From: a bacterium
Lineage (GTDB): Bacteria; Zixibacteria; MSB-5A5; GN15; FEB-12
Direction of reading: 5' to 3'
Assembly (NCBI GenBank): GCA_043811375.1
Contig: JBDRNJ010000086.1
Coordinates: 1-27,254 of the forward strand
Length of the DNA: 27,254 nucleotides
Translations under genes and position numbers: made by a program
Notes under the pieces: generated by a model
The model's database searches: none
Told to the model about the DNA's origin: nothing
Seen by the model: only the letters and a program-made list of their open reading frames with translations
In this document: positions 25,863-27,254 of the stretch, one piece after another
Layout: each line of letters opens with the position of its first letter
Position numbering within the stretch: position 1 is the first letter of the stretch

Positions 25863-26885
25863 TCAGCAGGTCGGCGGTGGACCACCCTGGAAGAGATAGG
25901 CCACCAGCCAGGTTAAATCGGCTACATCGACAAAATGAGAACTATCTACGTCGGCGGCGTCTACTCTCGGTGGCGACGGTCCACCCTGAAACAGGTAGGC
26001 TATTAGGTAGGTCAGGTCGCCAACATCCGGTCCCATACCGTCACCGTTGATATCCCCACAGATCGGAGGAGGGCCTGTCACCGTTATTGAGCCCGGAATC
26101 ACAATAACTGTCAATGAATCCAGTACGACAATGGTGTCAATGCCGATCGAATCACACGGCGGCATTGATGCTATCTGCCAGTTGAGGCAAATCGTATCGA
26201 TCCACTGGGTACAGATGTAGCAGTTTGTGTCGGGGACCGAATCGAGATTCTGAATACACTGCCCGTCCGGGCGAGCAAAACAATCGGCAATTGCCAGGAT
26301 TGTCACAGTTCGTTCTGTCATGCTGTCGGGAATGTTATAGACGTCGGCCAGAACGTTGATCAACACGCCACCCATTTGGGGAGCGATAGCGGGTGTAATC
26401 GGTGGCTCCAGAGGGTCGGCCAGGCCGGTGATCTGGAGATCGTACCCCAGTCCTGACAGCGACCTGGCGTCAAGGAACTCCCAACCGGAGCAGAGAGTAC
26501 CGGTGGTGTCGATACTGCCCTGGGATACCATATTGGTGTCGATATGGAAGAAATCCCAGGTACCTTCAGGCGTGGTCAGCACCGAGTCGATGCAATCAGG
26601 ACCGGAGTACTGCAGGCAGTTCCAGTAACTGGTATCGACCACCGTGTCAGTGCCGGTCTGAAAGACAGCTATATCCGGGCGGTCCATTTGCAGCCAGAGC
26701 TGGAACCCGGCCACGCTGTCCAGATAGTTGTCCATGTAAATGGGAATAACGACGTTCTGTTGCCCCGGGTAGGCAATAACGTCGTCCACCTGGATAATAA
26801 GTCTGGGGCTCTGCGCCTGACCGGGCAAGGCCACCAGGAGCATCAGCATCGCTCCGGTCGTCAGGGAATGCACGAATGCAGACAT
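25863..26885 (-). CDS. Secreted Cys-rich cohesin-like + C-terminal dockerin-like protein (340 aa)
   Basis: ATG at 26885 behind GAAGGAGG. Signal peptide; VDDVIAYPGQQNVVIPIYMDN..VAGFQLWL...PGSITV (cohesin-like); duplicated Ca-loop/helix CGDINGDGMGPDVGDLTYLIAYLFQGGP and ADVDSSHFVDVADLTWLVAYLFQGGPPPTC. Confidence 0.85.
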   Translation of the reverse strand: MSAFVHSLTTGAMLMLLVALPGQAQSPRLIIQVDDVIAYPGQQNVVIPIYMDNYLDSVAGFQLWLQMDRPDIAVFQTGTDTVVDTSYWNCLQYSGPDCIDSVLTTPEGTWDFFHIDTNMVSQGSIDTTGTLCSGWEFLDARSLSGLGYDLQITGLADPLEPPITPAIAPQMGGVLINVLADVYNIPDSMTERTVTILAIADCFARPDGQCIQNLDSVPDTNCYICTQWIDTICLNWQIASMPPCDSIGIDTIVVLDSLTVIVIPGSITVTGPPPICGDINGDGMGPDVGDLTYLIAYLFQGGPSPPRVDAADVDSSHFVDVADLTWLVAYLFQGGPPPTC

Positions 26886-27023
26886 GCTACCTCCTTCGTG
26901 TGGTTCGGAACCTGTCTGTGTCAATCCCTGAGCGACTATTCGATAATGCAGACCTGCCCCTTGGGGGCATTATTACCTTGTACGGAGTACTTTTTTAAAT
27001 CGTTAGCAGTAGTTCGATATTAA

Positions 27024-27052
27024 ATAATAACTGTTTCCCCGACCTTTGTCAA
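27024..27052 (-). promoter_or_regulatory. sigma70 promoter upstream of the dockerin protein gene
   Basis: TTGACA-17 bp-TATTAT. Confidence 0.62.
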
Positions 27053-27130
27053 GAGAGAAATGAGAATGGTAGTGCAAGGATTATTGTGTAAATTGAGTTA
27101 TGTGGTTTTCCCTGAGTCTTTGGTTCAGTT

Positions 27131-27254
27131 TGTATGTCGTCAAACAAGTCGGACACGTTGCTCCTTAAGCTAAGACACACTTTGCCTCATTGCAATGGCT
27201 TTTCGGTATGATTCTCTCCGTTTCCTGATTGTTTCTGTCTTGATTCGTTCCCGC
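27131..27254 (-). mobile_element. Probable end of an IS3/IS481-type insertion sequence (transposase C-terminus plus terminal inverted repeat)
   Basis: Minus frame 27253-27170 reads RERIKTETIRKRRESYRKAIAMRQSVS*, resembling the basic helical tail of rve-type IS transposases. It is followed by ...GTGTCCGACTTGTTTGACGACATACA-3' (27131-27156), ending in ACA. Only 124 bp are visible. Confidence 0.55.

Noticed and set aside
1..27254. CRISPR array, diversity-generating retroelement or invertible switch acting on the pilin paralogs
   Set aside because: No regularly spaced repeats, reverse transcriptase, recombinase or long near-identical DNA repeats seen; pilin similarity looks like old paralogy.

Overview
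Bacterial chromosomal window from a diderm organism. The Cys/Gly-Pro-flanked dockerin-like modules and gene mix suggest candidate division Zixibacteria (FCB group); this is an inference. Left to right: (1) a giant secreted protein (>=1660 codons, minus strand, runs off the left edge, absent from the ORF track) with SBBP propeller, dockerin, cohesin-like, 2x[Ig + FG-GAP propeller] and TSP3 modules; (2) a Ser/Thr kinase-TPR gene divergent from a GAF-PP2C phosphatase; (3) a small zinc-ribbon gene; (4) a seven-gene atypical chaperone-usher pilus cluster with five single-domain DUF4402/Csu-like pilins, a chaperone and an usher, with a sigma54-type promoter, shared 17-bp operator-like sites and an internal terminator after the likely major pilin; (5) a 51-aa membrane protein and tRNA-Ser(UGA); (6) a lipoprotein, a beta-helix protein and an S41 protease; (7) an operon of a catalytically degenerate signal-peptidase-I homolog, a HAD phosphatase and ogt; (8) a lipoprotein, an RNase Z-like gene, a structured intergenic region, a cohesin-like+dockerin protein and the end of a probable IS3/IS481-type element. 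The most novel-looking items are the pilus system (one subunit lacks a donor strand, no two-domain adhesin, possible Cys crosslinking), the cohesin/dockerin proteins, and an apparent excess of D-[ST]-[AILVMT] O-glycosylation-like sequons in exported proteins. All family calls come from motif reading; no searches were run.
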